The notes under the pieces are model-generated. The model ran no database searches. It saw only the letters and a list, made by a program, of their open reading frames with translations, and had not been told where the DNA came from. A DNA stretch of 63,981 bases, the filler included, from Trypethelium eluteriae (lineage: Eukaryota), in the NCBI GenBank assembly GCA_051942245.1. It is 3 parts of 3 records of this genome, joined end to end, with 100 filler letters (N's around TTAATTAATTAA, not from the genome) between each part and the next. Parts side by side here need not be neighbours in the genome. Positions count along the whole stretch, not along the records: positions 22,012 to 43,908 come from JAVECL010000457.1; positions 44,009 to 63,981 come from JAVECL010000506.1; 1 more part is not named here. The stretch is one strand, 5' to 3'. This document shows, one piece after another, positions 37,643-49,852 of this stretch. The position numbers were made by a program, and so were the translations under genes. Position 1 is the first letter of the stretch; the number at the start of each line of letters is the position of its first letter.

Positions 37643-38394
37643 TCAATTCCTCCCGCGCTTGTTATTTTTCTTCTTATGTGCGTTGGCATCCCTTCCCTTG
37701 ACATCGGATGATCCAAGCGCCGCCTTCTGCCTTTGATACTGCCGTACGATATTCTCCACGCTACCAATATCATGCTTGGGTTTCCTAGCGCTCGGTTAGC
37801 CAGTGTGCACAACTCTAACACGAGCTCTCTGCAGCCATACCTCATATAATACAACCTCGCCCTTCTCGCCCGCTTCGCTCTCCTTTGCACTACTTCTATC
37901 CCCTCTACATTTGGGCTGTAGATCTTATACCACATCTCCACGCCTACTCTTGTCAACTGTCCCCGAAGTAGAATTGCGGTGTCAACACCTTGTCTTCTTA
38001 TATTGATACAAACACCTGCAAAGGGGTCGCCTGAGCGGGTGCGCACGAGAAGTATGTCGCCGACTTTGACGGCGTCGGGGTTGGAGCGGGAGAAGAGTTT
38101 GGTGCGGGAGCCAATGGGGTCGAGGGCCGCGATTTGAGAGGCTTCAAAGGTCTCGACAGGAGAAGGACATTTGTTGTACATGGCAGGTGGAGGAGGTTTT
38201 AGTGTGATGCGACGCATTGAGTGATGGGCCTTCTCAAGTGTTGCTGCTTGGGGAGGCGGCGGTGGTTGTCCTTGGTTTGGGATTGTCTGTTGTGTGGCAT
38301 ACGCACGTTGACGCTGCTTTATGCATCGCTGATGCCGAATGAGGGGCTTTAGTCTGGCCAGTGGTCGTATTGCACATAGATTTGATGCCATCAT
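37643..38394 (-). CDS. IMG1: Mitochondrial ribosomal protein bL19m
   Basis: Basic presequence; VGDILLV, FAGVCINIRRQG, ILLRGQLTRVGVEMWYKIYSP, RARRARLYYMR|KPKHD; one intron ~37785-37840. Confidence 0.9.
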
Positions 38395-38509
38395 GTGTGA
38401 GGTGAAGTTGAATGATCTTAGGTCTTGCTTTAGAACGGTGATGGGAGAATTTAGAAGCTCGGACCCCTGGCCATTCACCCTACCATACCACCTGTCACTA
38501 CCTCTCCAT

Positions 38510-39361
38510 ATGGCGGCGCCTCAATATATCAACGCTCTGGACTGGTCGGGCCAGCCCGCGGCTGTCTTCCCTGAAGAACTGCAAGAATGGAATGCTAAAG
38601 ATAAAGCAGGAGTCAAGTCTAGGTCACGTCAAGACCCGAATGCAAATTCTGGCCCAGCTCTTGAGCTCAACTTTGCCGCAGATCGTCCAAGTTCTGAAAG
38701 CAACGTCGATCATAACTGCAGTACACCCGTCGTTGACAACGATGCGAGACCTACAAATGGATCACACCTATTTCCTGTTCGTCCGAACTCTCCCAGCAAA
38801 GAAGAGGTACAGGCCGGCATTCGAGAGTGCCTCAAAGTCCAAGGTCGTGCCGTTCAGAACGGCAAGCCGCCCTTTGGAGCCTGTCTAATGGGCCCCGATA
38901 ATTCAACAGTCCTTCTCATGCAAGGAAACGTAGACCATGTGAACCATGCGGAGTCAACACTTGCACGTTCAGCAGCAGCGCAATTCACACAGGAATATCT
39001 CTGGACATGTACGCTTTATTCGACCTGGGAACCCTGCGCCATGTGCACCTCAACAATTTATTGGGCACATATTGGAAGAATCGTGTACGCAGCAAGCAAT
39101 GACCAACTGATGGAACTGACTGGAAAGAACAACCTCACCAATATGACCATGAAATGGCACTGCCGAGATATCCTCTCCGGCTCGCAAAAGGACATTAAGG
39201 TTATCGGACCTATCTCTGGAATAGATAGGGTAGTCATCATGGAGAGTGACGTTTACTGGAGCCAAGTCCGTGACAAATTAGACGATAATAGTTTTAGCTC
39301 TGCAGACATCGCTTGGTACGGGGCCACAGCATGGGAACCCTTAGAAAAGGGCATAAAATGA
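38510..39361 (+). CDS. Cytidine/nucleoside deaminase-like protein (zinc-dependent)
   Basis: PFGACL, HAE, LYSTWEPCAMC, HIGRIVYA motifs; ~95-aa N-terminal extension. Confidence 0.85.
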   Translation: MAAPQYINALDWSGQPAAVFPEELQEWNAKDKAGVKSRSRQDPNANSGPALELNFAADRPSSESNVDHNCSTPVVDNDARPTNGSHLFPVRPNSPSKEEVQAGIRECLKVQGRAVQNGKPPFGACLMGPDNSTVLLMQGNVDHVNHAESTLARSAAAQFTQEYLWTCTLYSTWEPCAMCTSTIYWAHIGRIVYAASNDQLMELTGKNNLTNMTMKWHCRDILSGSQKDIKVIGPISGIDRVVIMESDVYWSQVRDKLDDNSFSSADIAWYGATAWEPLEKGIK

Positions 39362-39371
39362 TGCCGTTTCT

Positions 39372-40269
39372 CTACCATACAGTGGGCCTAAGTGTCATAT
39401 CCCACTTAGCCTTGAACTTACATCCGCCCTTCGGAACATCATCTTCCTGCTCGTCGTCATCGTACGCCCAGTCCCAGTGGTATTGTAAGCCATGCTCCCT
39501 TGCGAGGTCGGCCTTGAGCCTAACCATTCTCTTAGGCTTCGGGACAACATTCATGTCATCTGGATTCCTTGTCTCTTCCCATTCGCCCGACTCGGCAATA
39601 ACAGTGGCAGCATCTGGTTCTTCCCTCCTGAAGTAGTCTTCTCCCTGGATGATCTGAGGCTGCTGAGGCGCATGCTGGTCGTAAAGGTGGTCTTCGCCTT
39701 CGAAAACGCCTGGACTGGAATTTTCCAAGTCTTCCTGAATGTCCATGTTTGCGATCTCGTAGTTGACGATTGAGAGTGGAAGTCTATCCAACCTGTCAAT
39801 AGCCGTAATAACAATGATATTTGCCTATTCCCTGTCAAGGTGGTCCTTACTCCCACGTAGCACTCCTTAGCCTCCATAGCACCTTCTCGTCTCCGTCTCT
39901 CTTTGCATCCTCCAGTTCCTCCTCATCCAACCAACGATCAATGTACCAAACGCTCCTTGTCTTATCAGTCTCTTCATCAATGATTATGAACGGCTTTACT
40001 CCGCCTTCATCATCGTCTTCTTCGCCTTCCTCAGCCTCCTCTTCCAGACGCGTGCGAATGGCTTGAGGAGATAGACCGTACAAGTCTTTACGATCAATGA
40101 TGTTGAGGCGGTTGTGAGGTGAGTGATAGCGTGGATCGTTGGGACGATCGATTGCTCCCAAGCGCCAATCCTCTTGGACCTTGCCTAGGGTGGATTGGGA
40201 AACCTCACAAACGAGGTAGGCATCATAAACAGGAGGTTCAAACTGCTCAGGGTCAATTATGCGAACCAT
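39372..40269 (-). CDS. Hypothetical acidic fungal protein (2 exons)
   Basis: ORFs 39847-40287 and 39372-39791 join through a GTAAGG...CAG intron; PFIIIDEET..SVWYIDRW and NYEIANMDIQEDL segments look protein-like. Confidence 0.65.
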
Positions 40270-40822
40270 GATGAATTGGTATCGCAATCGAAAGTTTGGT
40301 AGAGAAAAAGATAGAACGTGTATGGGAGCAGAGATCTACTGAGCCACCAGGTCCTTCTTATATAGCATGATGGCCTTGGTTGTCTAGAGATAGGACTTGC
40401 CACATCCACGAGCAGAATCCAGGCTGCAACTCTTCTCAAGCCCGTACACAACCCCATTCTACAGAAAATCGACGCGGATCGCGGCATTAGGGGAAGTGTT
40501 GCCTAACGATCGGCACGATGTGGAGGTGAGAGTGGGGTAGTTCTGACTCGCGTTCTGTCATGCAAGCGTCACGTCTTGGTCGCGCTCACACGTGACATAG
40601 ACTATGGAGAGTCTCAGGCATACACTATACCTGATAGATAGACAGTCATTTGAAGATCTGCCATATATTAGAGATATTTTCTCTATGTACATGAATGTAG
40701 ATGCTGGCTCGGTGGCTTGAAGTGCTACCAAAACTCCACGCTATGCAATTGTAGACAAAGAAACGTTAGTCGACAGACCACAGGGATATTCCATAGTCTT
40801 GAAGGGCCCAAAGCGCGCTCGG

Positions 40823-41980
40823 CTAAAGCAAGATGCCATTGCATAATGCCACGAAGACGAACATCAGGATTCCGAAGCCGGCTAAGCACGCGATGTATTG
40901 GCTGATGCCCGATGCCGTCGTTAAATAATTATGCCAATCCGGATGCGCGAGCTTCCAGGATTCTGGTGGAGATGGGGGAGCAAGAGCCGCGTTTGGGTCA
41001 AACGGCTGAGGGTTGACTGGTAGGTCGTACTGATTCGCTTGTGTTACCCAAATTGAGCCGTCTTGGTCGAAGTATGCATAGGCAGCTTGAAGAAAGGGTT
41101 GTCCAAGAACCATCGTTTGGGAATCAGGGTCACTGCTGATGCGAGTATAGCATCGATCCGGCGAGCTTGTTATATTGCCCGGTATGATGATGGTCGCATC
41201 ACCACCGTTGATCGTGATTGTCATATCATTACCACAGGGAGAGCTCCCCACCCCACCGGAGGCATTTGCCGAGGCTGGAAATACCATCGCCTCAGAGTTG
41301 AAGTCCAGTGCGAACTCTGCGTCAGTCGATGAGCCCATCCACTGAACGGTTCCCGACGCATTCCTCGACCCGTTTCCATTAAAATAACCTTCATCACCAG
41401 ATGTGCGAAGCGGCATCCAGCTTGTAGATGCGATGCGGTTCACGTCAAAGGATCCCGACAATGTGAGTGAGCCATTCCAGACTCCTGCTTGACCAAGGTT
41501 GATACCGAAAGGCGTCGTCGGCACAGAGATCGAAGAATTCGTGTCCGAATAATTTGCATTAGGACCGAGAAATACTTGCGGAGTTCCATCATTGACGATA
41601 TTAATTGCGCTTATCTCTCCATTGTTCTGCTGGAGGACGTTTGATACGGCGGTAACCCGTGGGTGCTTTGAAGTCGAGGAAGAGACCGGCTTCTCCTCAC
41701 TGGCGGTCGAACCCAAAGGAGGATCTCCGACGAACAGTCCATAAACGCTTGGGAAAGATCCAGTACTAGTGGAGATAGTAACATTCAATCCCGAAGGGAC
41801 GTTGGCATCTGCGTTTAGTCCAACCAAAGGCCAGAAGTATGTAGCCTCAGTCTGCTCCGTCGAGACTGAGACTGTGGTCAACAGTGATCTTTGGACTATC
41901 GTCATGGCAGAGGTGAACGCCAGGTCCACCTGTGCAACGACGGCCAAAACGGCCATTATCCTGATAAGATTGCCATGCAT
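40823..41980 (-). CDS. Secreted/membrane-anchored pepsin-fold (A1-like) protein lacking catalytic motifs
   Basis: Signal peptide; GSLTLSGSFDVNR (cf. GxLxxGGxD), MVLGQPFLQAAYAYFD (cf. ILGDxFLxxxYxxFD); C-terminal hydrophobic helix. Confidence 0.65.
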   Translation of the reverse strand: MHGNLIRIMAVLAVVAQVDLAFTSAMTIVQRSLLTTVSVSTEQTEATYFWPLVGLNADANVPSGLNVTISTSTGSFPSVYGLFVGDPPLGSTASEEKPVSSSTSKHPRVTAVSNVLQQNNGEISAINIVNDGTPQVFLGPNANYSDTNSSISVPTTPFGINLGQAGVWNGSLTLSGSFDVNRIASTSWMPLRTSGDEGYFNGNGSRNASGTVQWMGSSTDAEFALDFNSEAMVFPASANASGGVGSSPCGNDMTITINGGDATIIIPGNITSSPDRCYTRISSDPDSQTMVLGQPFLQAAYAYFDQDGSIWVTQANQYDLPVNPQPFDPNAALAPPSPPESWKLAHPDWHNYLTTASGISQYIACLAGFGILMFVFVALCNGILL

Positions 41981-43618
41981 GGTGGCTTCAGCGCAGCTCC
42001 GTGTCTCATGCTATGTGTACATTATACATAGAATAGAATAAAAAAGAAAGAGGACTGGTACAGAAGGAAGAAGTATTTCGGTCCTAGGACGAGAGCTTGG
42101 CAGGCAGGACAAAGGGAAACATGGAGAAATGCAAGAGAACAGCGGGATGCAGCTCAATTCTATTTGCTCCGACTCATACTCACCGGCACGAATTCCGAGA
42201 TCCTGAAATGAATGTTTGGAAGCGATTGCATCCACGAATAACGACAGGCTAGGAATGCTTCCGTGGAGAAAAGTCTTGGCGTCAACAGCTCGTTCGCCAT
42301 TGGTTAGTTTTATTTAGAGCGCTAGTCCGTGTAACGATGATGATTGGGTTCGGTAACGCGCTTTTGCGGGGCGACCCTCCCAGGCGCTACCGACCCGAGG
42401 CACCCCACAAATCATCAGCCAGAAGTTATGTGGAGCCAACGGCACAGGTACGGAATCTCATGCAATCCTCTTTCCGAAAGGTGAATGCCACGATATCGTT
42501 CGACCGGATTGCCGCGTCAGGCCAGCTACGAAGATGGGTCATGAAGAGAATCTCCCAATAGCAAGTCTTTTCCCAGGACGAATCCTAATGTGCAACGTGG
42601 GTGTAGTACGGAGGATTCTCGGGGTTCGTACCACACGTCCCAGTCTTGCGGAGCCTTTGATGATCAGGTACGCCCGACCTAGTCGAAATTTGCTTCTTGT
42701 CGCAAATGCATTGTCGGGTAGGCTCTTTTCTGTCCAGGCTTTATTAGCATCATGTGAGCCCCGACAGGACTCTCGATTCCGCCTCCGAATCATGCAAGTG
42801 CCTGTAGATCATCGGCTGGTAATACATTTGACGAAAAAGTAAGAAGTCGTAGAGTCAACGAAGCGAAATGAACGCGATAAAGGTTACCTCCGTACGTTCG
42901 ACATGATCGTAGCTTTAATGATAAAAAGCTCCAATGGAAGAGGGGAAATGGCCAAATTTGAACGAGCTTTGATGTGAGTAGAAACGATAGGAAACTGTAG
43001 TAAGACACCCGTGTAATTCACCTCTGCCTGCGCCAACAATGGTCTACTCATGCTTGCTTAGCGAAACCCAAATGCCATCTCCGACAATATCTCTTCACCA
43101 AAGAGGTCAAATTGTCACCAGGTAGATGTCTATCTACTAGTATACACTCACCATTGTCGCGTCAACAGATGGTTCGGCCTTACAACCGGTATTATGTGAC
43201 GCAGAAAAGAGGGTTTGACGAGACCATGGCAATTAATACGTGAAATTTGATCCGGCAAGGTCATCCCCGGGATCATCCTAGTAGATGATTTGACAAACCG
43301 TGATGCAAGGCGTGGATATCGGAAGTTCACTTAATGGGAGTTCCAGATTGGGGTGAGGCCAAAGGCCGCTTAGTCAGCGCTGCCCTGAGAGCGATCATAC
43401 TTGCATCACACCAAATGCAATACCACAGCAAGAACACAGAGAGACCTTGGACGCTCATTACCTTAGCAAGGAATACTCCTCGGTCCGTTGATCGCGCAAG
43501 TTGGCGACTAATATCAATTTTCTCTACCATTTCTAAGAATACTCAACCCAAAAACCTCCTCACTCTCGACACCTGAACTCCAAATTCCGTGCCTTCACAA
43601 CGTCCCCACACCACCATC

Positions 43619-43908
43619 ATGGCCTCCCCGCCAGGCCCCTCCGGCTCGCCTCCATACCCAACCAACATCTCACTCCCACAAAAGCGGCCTTCCCTCACCG
43701 TGCCCACCACAGCCAACGCGCCCAACGCCAAACGCCGCAAACCCAGCACCGCCTCCACTATCTCGACGCAACACCCTCTCCGCCAAACGTCCTTCCCACC
43801 CGAAGGCGCCGACGCCTACAGCAACGACGTGCGGTACTCGCGGAGCCCAAGCATGGAGAGCAGCAGCGTGCTGGAGGGGTCGCAGATGGGAGGGAGGAAG
43901 AAAGCGCG
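43619..43908 (+). CDS. TAF11: Probable TFIID subunit 11, 5' fragment truncated by gap
   Basis: MASPP..PPYP..KRRK..HPLRQTSFPP resembles the Pezizomycotina Taf11 N-terminus; the histone fold itself is not visible. Confidence 0.6.
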
Positions 43909-44008
43909 NNNNNNNNNNNNNNNNNNNNNNNNNNNNNNNNNNNNNNNNNNNNTTAATTAATTAANNNNNNNNNNNNNNNNNNNNNNNNNNNNNNNNNNNN
44001 NNNNNNNN
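43909..44008. other. Artificial scaffold gap (44 N + TTAATTAATTAA + 44 N)
   Basis: Same 100-nt design as 21912-22011. Confidence 0.97.
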
Positions 44009-44991
44009 AGCCCCCTCACCGGCGTCCTCCCCCCCGTCGGCGTCCTCAACTCCGCCCGACTCCCCCGCCTACTCTGCCTCCGACTCGCCGGCTGACTCGG
44101 ATTGCGGCTCGCGAGGCGCGAGAACCGGGGGCTCGCCACGCCAAGCTCATCGTCAAGGTCCAGCTGCGCCCGACTCCCACTACTAGGACCCTTCAACCCC
44201 TTATACGCGACGGCAGGCGAGCGTCCGTCTTCTTCGTCCGAGGAATACGCGTTCGGATGCGAGACGAGCGATGTGGATGACGCCCGCGAGACCAGCCACG
44301 ACTGCCCCTTGGCGTCGCGCGTCGAGCTCGCGATCGCGGTGCCGACCCGCTGTAGCCAGGTGTCATCGGCAGCGGCGGCGTCACCACCTCCTCCACCGCC
44401 GCCGCGTCGAGGGCCGATGGCGGCGGCGCTGTGGATGGAGCCACCAGTGCGACTGCGCTGGTGATGGCGGCGGTGCTGGCCGTCTGGAGGGGCGGACGCA
44501 GGTGCATGTGGGTTCAGCGCGGTGGAGGACTTGGCTTTTGGGGTGCCGCCGGCGAGGACGGTGGTGGTGTTGTCTTGGTGGGAGCGGGCGGCGAGGCCGA
44601 AGGGCTCGCCTGCGTAGGCGAAGCTGCTGTCGACGGCGGTGAGGCCGGGCCCGGCGAATTTGCTGTCTCCGAAGCCGCCGTGGCCCAGGCTCTTGAGGTT
44701 GCGGCTGCTGTTTGGGGCGAGTTGCTTGCGGCTGCCGCTTCGGCTGAGGATGCTGGGGGTGGTCGGGGCGGATTTGTCTTCGATGTAGGAGGTTCGTGGA
44801 TATGAGGCGTGAGTGGAGTCCTCGACGGGAGGTTGGGTTGTGGTGAGAGGGGCAAGCGTGAGGTGGTTGAGATTGGTCTTAGACTGGCGGGAAGGTTTGC
44901 GGGAGTGGGAGCGAGAACGGGGTTGTGGCTTCTGTTGGAAGTGTGAGCGATTAGCAATTGCATGAGGATCAAGAGTACGCACATTCATCAT
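44009..44991 (-). CDS. DUF3984-like fungal protein, 3' end lost in gap
   Basis: NLNHLTLAPLT, SYIEDKSAPTTPSILSRS, KAKSSTAL, WLQRVG..RDAKGQSWLVSRASSTSL; probable 51-nt intron just after the start. Confidence 0.65.
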
Positions 44992-45377
44992 GTAGTATAT
45001 CTGAGGTAGAACAGTCAAGGAAAGCCAGTTGAGGGTTGGTAAAAGGTGGTCATTTAAGTCCAGGCCCTTAGGTGGGATGTTTTTACGGGAAGCTGGGGCC
45101 AGGTGGAGAGAAACACCGAGAGGTCCGCGATTTTCACATGCATCTGGGTACTGGTCGATCCTTCGTCATCACGCAGGGGCTAATCAAGCGGAACATACTC
45201 CAGAGCTAGCGGATCCATGGTACCTTTTCAACTCCATCGTCTATCATATCTGCATCTGCCCAGACAGGCTCCTCAGGCCATCTGCTTCCTGGAGCCGAGC
45301 TCGCCTCTACGAATCGACGCTATTGGGAATAAGTACAAGTAGCCAGCGCTCTGGCTTTACGCAATTGTCCACGATCC

Positions 45378-48202
45378 TTATAATCTGACCTTTGCGCCGA
45401 TCGATCCTCCGACAAACCAGACATCTTCCAAATATTGTCCAATTCTAACACCGACCGTCGCTTTTGCACTCAGCTTCAGTTTATCCCCCAATGCTCTCCG
45501 TACAGCTTCGTACCCAACGCTACTCAAACTCCAGTCAACTGGTAGTCGAGGTGTCTGTGTAGCACCAGGGGGAACCTGGATCTCTTCATCGTACAGAATT
45601 CTCCCAACATCATCATTTTTGTAGTATGCAGTGGCATTGATGCGTTCCAGAAAGAGTGTGGTTTGACTGAGCGGGGAAAGTAAGGTAAAGGTGGCGGTGG
45701 AGGTGAATAGATGCATCTGAGTGAAAAGAATTGTAAGCTATTTGCTCACTAACGAACATAAAAGACAAATCGACATGACGAAATCTATGAGGTATCTAGC
45801 GGTCGAGATAGGGTGGTTTCGGTTGCTGTCTTGCCCAAAGAGCCCAAGCGAGAGTCATTTTCGTAGTGTATCGTCTATCCAATCTGTTCCAACAAAGAAG
45901 ACATTGCGAAATCTAAGAGAGAGGACAGTACCGTAGCATCTTCTATGAAATGCGGTCTTCTATCGTCGTCGTCGTCACCATCGTCACCATCTCCGTCTCC
46001 GTCATTAGGCCTTTTGGGGCCGCGGAGTCTAGGTGTGGGAATCTCAAGTTCGAATCGTTCGAGCGCTTTTCCAAGAGCTGGCTGAGTGGGAATCGTGCCA
46101 GAATGCGTTTTGAGAGTAAGAGTAGTATTGTATCCTGTTGAAATAAGAACTTGCGCATCTTTTTGAACAGTTTTCCACTTACCAGAAATGTACTGAGACA
46201 ATAATTCCCTGCCCTGCGCCTTGCCTGCATCTCCACTAACCGAAGGCTCCCACTTGGCTTGAATGACAACGTTCCTATTTCTTCCGGGCACAACGTCGAC
46301 GTCTTTGGCAAATGCGTGGCCAAGCTTTGTTCCGTTATTGTTAATATGGATATCGACGTACGGCACATGCGCTGAATAATTTGTCGGGTTCGTAAAGTTG
46401 ACAAGTGCTGCAAGGGTGAGCGTATCTGCAGTGGTATCCATGATACTCAAATTTCCAACTTGAAGTCCAAGAGCTCCAATACCACCTCTTCGAATGGGTT
46501 TTAGGGGAACTTCGCCCTGTGCAGGTATTTTACGAACGGCGAGGTCGCCGAGAGCGGTATCAATACCCACGTCGACCAATGCCTTGACTTTTAACTTCAA
46601 TACTTTCTTGCCGAATAGAATTGACTGGACAACCTCTGTGAAAAGATCATCATCCGTAACGTTTAATGGAGCTTTCTCTACAATAGACTCTACCAAGAGA
46701 CCAGCAGCTTGCTTTTTGTCGGCCTCAATGCGGGTAGAATTGGCCCTTTGCCATTTATGTAGATCTAGATGGCCGAGTTTCTTATCGTGGAAGTACACCT
46801 CAGCATCAGCACGCACGCGTGAGACGTTGATATTGAAGTTCATCTCTTCAGGGACGTTGACGATGGCTTTGATGGTGGCAGATATTTTTGGCTGTGATTC
46901 TGGAGTATTAGGCTCTGCTGTAGGATCTGGCAATCCAAAGTGGGTGTTCGTGAGAGAGAAATTTCGAATCAACGAGCCGAGGTCACGACTCGGGAACGGA
47001 ATTGGTACTGTAATTCCTTTGATGATATCTGTCACCCATTCCGGAGTATCCATTGATGGAGAATCCGAGCCTCGAACATAAATATTCGCATCTTCACCAT
47101 GGATATAATTACCCAGCAATAAGTCCATGGGAGACTTGCTTTGGTTTGGGCATTGAGTAGTGAATGCATCAGGCAGTTGTCGGACGACGCCCGTCAGATT
47201 CAGATGAAGGTCTCTTTTCGGCTTGATTTCAACTGCATCGGTAGTAGCATCAGCGATCATGATGTAAGGATCGGATGGCGTACAGCCATCAACAAGAATT
47301 CCAAAGCCCATGGGAGGGATTGTAAAGTGTACAGGATAGTCATTCTTGACAGTGACACTGACATCTGCAGCCATGCCTTGCTGGTAGTTTGGTAGCTCCA
47401 CTTCGTGTATGCTGATCCCGTTGATCTGGTATCCAGGCATTGATGGAAGATCGCTGCTTTGTATGACTTGCCGCAAAGAAACTTGGTGCGTCCCGAAGTT
47501 GAAAATTCCGGCTTTCAAGGGGATGGCAGCTTTGCCTTGAACCCACAATTGGTCCAACCTTCCTCCAATCCAATCGCTAGCAAGTTGGCGAACAACTGTG
47601 AAGTCGCCGGGTTCTAAGCGTATGGATTTATCAATCGCAGTGTGATGTCCATCACGAACGTCAACCTTGATTGAAGGAACCTTCGCCTTGCCAAGATATA
47701 GATTTCCGTATTCCGGTACTGATACCTCCACTTCAGCTGGTCCACTCTCAACCTTCATCGCAATAGCCGTAGCAAATCTTCCAATGTCGCGTACTGATTT
47801 CTTCTTGACCCTTCTCGCGTCCATACCGAAAACGCCTTTTACTCTAGCCTGAACGCCACTCGCTGTGAACGATTCAACAGAAACGCTTGATGGCTCAAAC
47901 ACCATGGCCTGCATGGCGTATTTCTTTACCACCGACGGGACGACGAAACCAAGGACAATGATGAGTATTATTACCACACATAGTATTGTCAATGCGACAA
48001 TACTTGGCCATCTTCTCTTGGGCTTGCCCTTGGTAGGAGTTCCATCGTTGAAATCGGTCAAGGTTCGCAGAAGTGATGACGCCGCAGGCGAATGTGGACT
48101 TCCATTGTGTTGATCTGGATTGGGACTTGGAGTCCGATCGCGAGCCAGAAGGGGTGCGGTTTCATCTGCTCTATTTGTGTTTCTTCCCGTGCGGTTGTCC
48201 AT
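45378..48202 (-). CDS. Tag1-like / DUF3712-type single-pass membrane protein with tandem beta-sandwich (LEA_2-like) domains
   Basis: ETAPLL dileucine-type motif, TM helix IVALTILCVVIILIIVLGFVVP, NFTNPTNYSAHVPY, TPRLPVDWS; long last intron ~45718-45932. Confidence 0.75.
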
Positions 48203-48643
48203 GATGATCTAGAGAGCGCTCCGGCGCAAATCTGAAGGTGTAGTCTGATAAGGCTGCTTGCTCTTGGCGCGCTTAGGCTGAGAGATCACCGGTCGAGCAG
48301 CATTGCTATGACTGTGGTAGTGAAGGCAAAAATGAGCGTGATCAATCAGGGCATGAAGTGATGTACTCTCGGAGCAGTATAAGTCTGCGAGAGGAACAAA
48401 AGCGGATGAGACATGTATTGCCATCATCCAGCCCAGTAGCCTTCCACGCCACCGGGTCACAGGAGGATGCGTGGGGTCGGCCAATCGGAAAGCTCCAGGC
48501 CAGCTATCGATACAGCGTGCCAAGTCATAGAAAATTGACGTTAACCCTCGCGGTCTACTTTCTCTTATGACTACACAGACTGCTACGCTCTATGCAAGCC
48601 CGGAAGCTGTAGCTAACACAGTCGTGCCTTCTGAAACCACCTC

Positions 48644-49756
48644 ATGCATTTCGGCCGCAACAAAGCTCTCAGGAGCTTGGTTCAAGCTACTGCAGACTTC
48701 ACCAGAGCTCCCCTCCGTCCGTATTCCTCAGCAACCGCACCTCAGACCTCTCCATTCGCGCCCAGACATCTTCTCTCAATAGCGGACTTGACTCCGAAAG
48801 AGTTTACAGCACTCATTCGCAATGCCTCTTCCCACAAGCAAGCTGTCAAATCCGGTTCCATACCAAGGAGCATACTTGGTTCCTTAACCGGCAAGACAAT
48901 AGCAGTCACGTTTAGCAAACGCAGCACGAGAACACGAGTATCCACCGAAAGTGCTGTGGTCACAATGGGCGGTCATCCAATGTTTCTAGGCGCCCAAGAT
49001 ATCCAGCTTGGCGTTAATGAGTCCCTCCGTGACACCGCAATCATCATATCATCCATGACCTCTGCAATCGTGGCACGCGTCAATGCGCATGCAGACGTCG
49101 TAGGTCTTGCAAAGCATAGCACAGTGCCGGTCATTAGCGCGCTATCCGATATATCCCACCCCCTACAGACCATCGCCGACTTCCTAACCATCCATGAAGC
49201 CTTTCCATCCACACCGTCGCCAGGGAGGTCACCGATGCCTGGACTAGGACTTGAGGGGTTGAAAGTTGCTTGGGTTGGCGATGCTAACAATGTGCTTTAT
49301 GATCTCGCAATCGGGGCCATGAAATTGGGTGTAGATATATCAGTCGCCACACCGAAAGGGTATGAAATCCCAGAATCCATACGGCAAGTGATTGGTCAAG
49401 CTGCATCTTCAACCCCACAGGTGGGATCTCTGAAAGAGACGAACGTGCCAGAGGAAGCGGTAAAAGATGCAGACGTTATCGTAACGGACACGTGGGTTTC
49501 GATGGGACAGGAGGAAGAAAAGGTCAAAAGAATGAAGGCATTCGAGGGATTCCAAGTCACGGCAGATTTGGCCGAGCGAGGCGGTGCGAAGAAGGGCTGG
49601 CAATTCATGCATTGCCTACCCAGACATCCAGAAGAGGTTAGCGATGAGGTATTCTATAGCCCCAAGAGCTTGGTATTCCAAGAAGGCGAAAATAGGCTGT
49701 GGGCTGCGATATCGGCGTTGGAAGGATTCGTAGTGAATAAAGGTCAGATATCATAA
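48644..49756 (+). CDS. argB: Mitochondrial ornithine carbamoyltransferase
   Basis: FSKRSTRTR, HPLQ, WVGDANNV, TDTWVSMGQE, FMHCLPR, ENRLW; presequence. Confidence 0.97.
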   Translation: MHFGRNKALRSLVQATADFTRAPLRPYSSATAPQTSPFAPRHLLSIADLTPKEFTALIRNASSHKQAVKSGSIPRSILGSLTGKTIAVTFSKRSTRTRVSTESAVVTMGGHPMFLGAQDIQLGVNESLRDTAIIISSMTSAIVARVNAHADVVGLAKHSTVPVISALSDISHPLQTIADFLTIHEAFPSTPSPGRSPMPGLGLEGLKVAWVGDANNVLYDLAIGAMKLGVDISVATPKGYEIPESIRQVIGQAASSTPQVGSLKETNVPEEAVKDADVIVTDTWVSMGQEEEKVKRMKAFEGFQVTADLAERGGAKKGWQFMHCLPRHPEEVSDEVFYSPKSLVFQEGENRLWAAISALEGFVVNKGQIS

Positions 49757-49852
49757 AAGGTAGATTGAAGTTGGATTCATTTTTGTTGCGCATATGTACA
49801 GAGGTCAAGCCCAGCGAGAGCTATCAGAGACTTAGATTAATGATCCCGCACA

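Noticed and set aside
45718..45932. Long intron of the Tag1-like gene as a snoRNA host
   Set aside because: No C/D box pair or H/ACA layout could be identified.
48567..48612. Upstream ATGs and a TGACTA CpcA/Gcn4-like site before argB
   Set aside because: The site is imperfect and the TSS unknown; the known arginine attenuator uORF belongs to CPA1/arg-2, not OTC.
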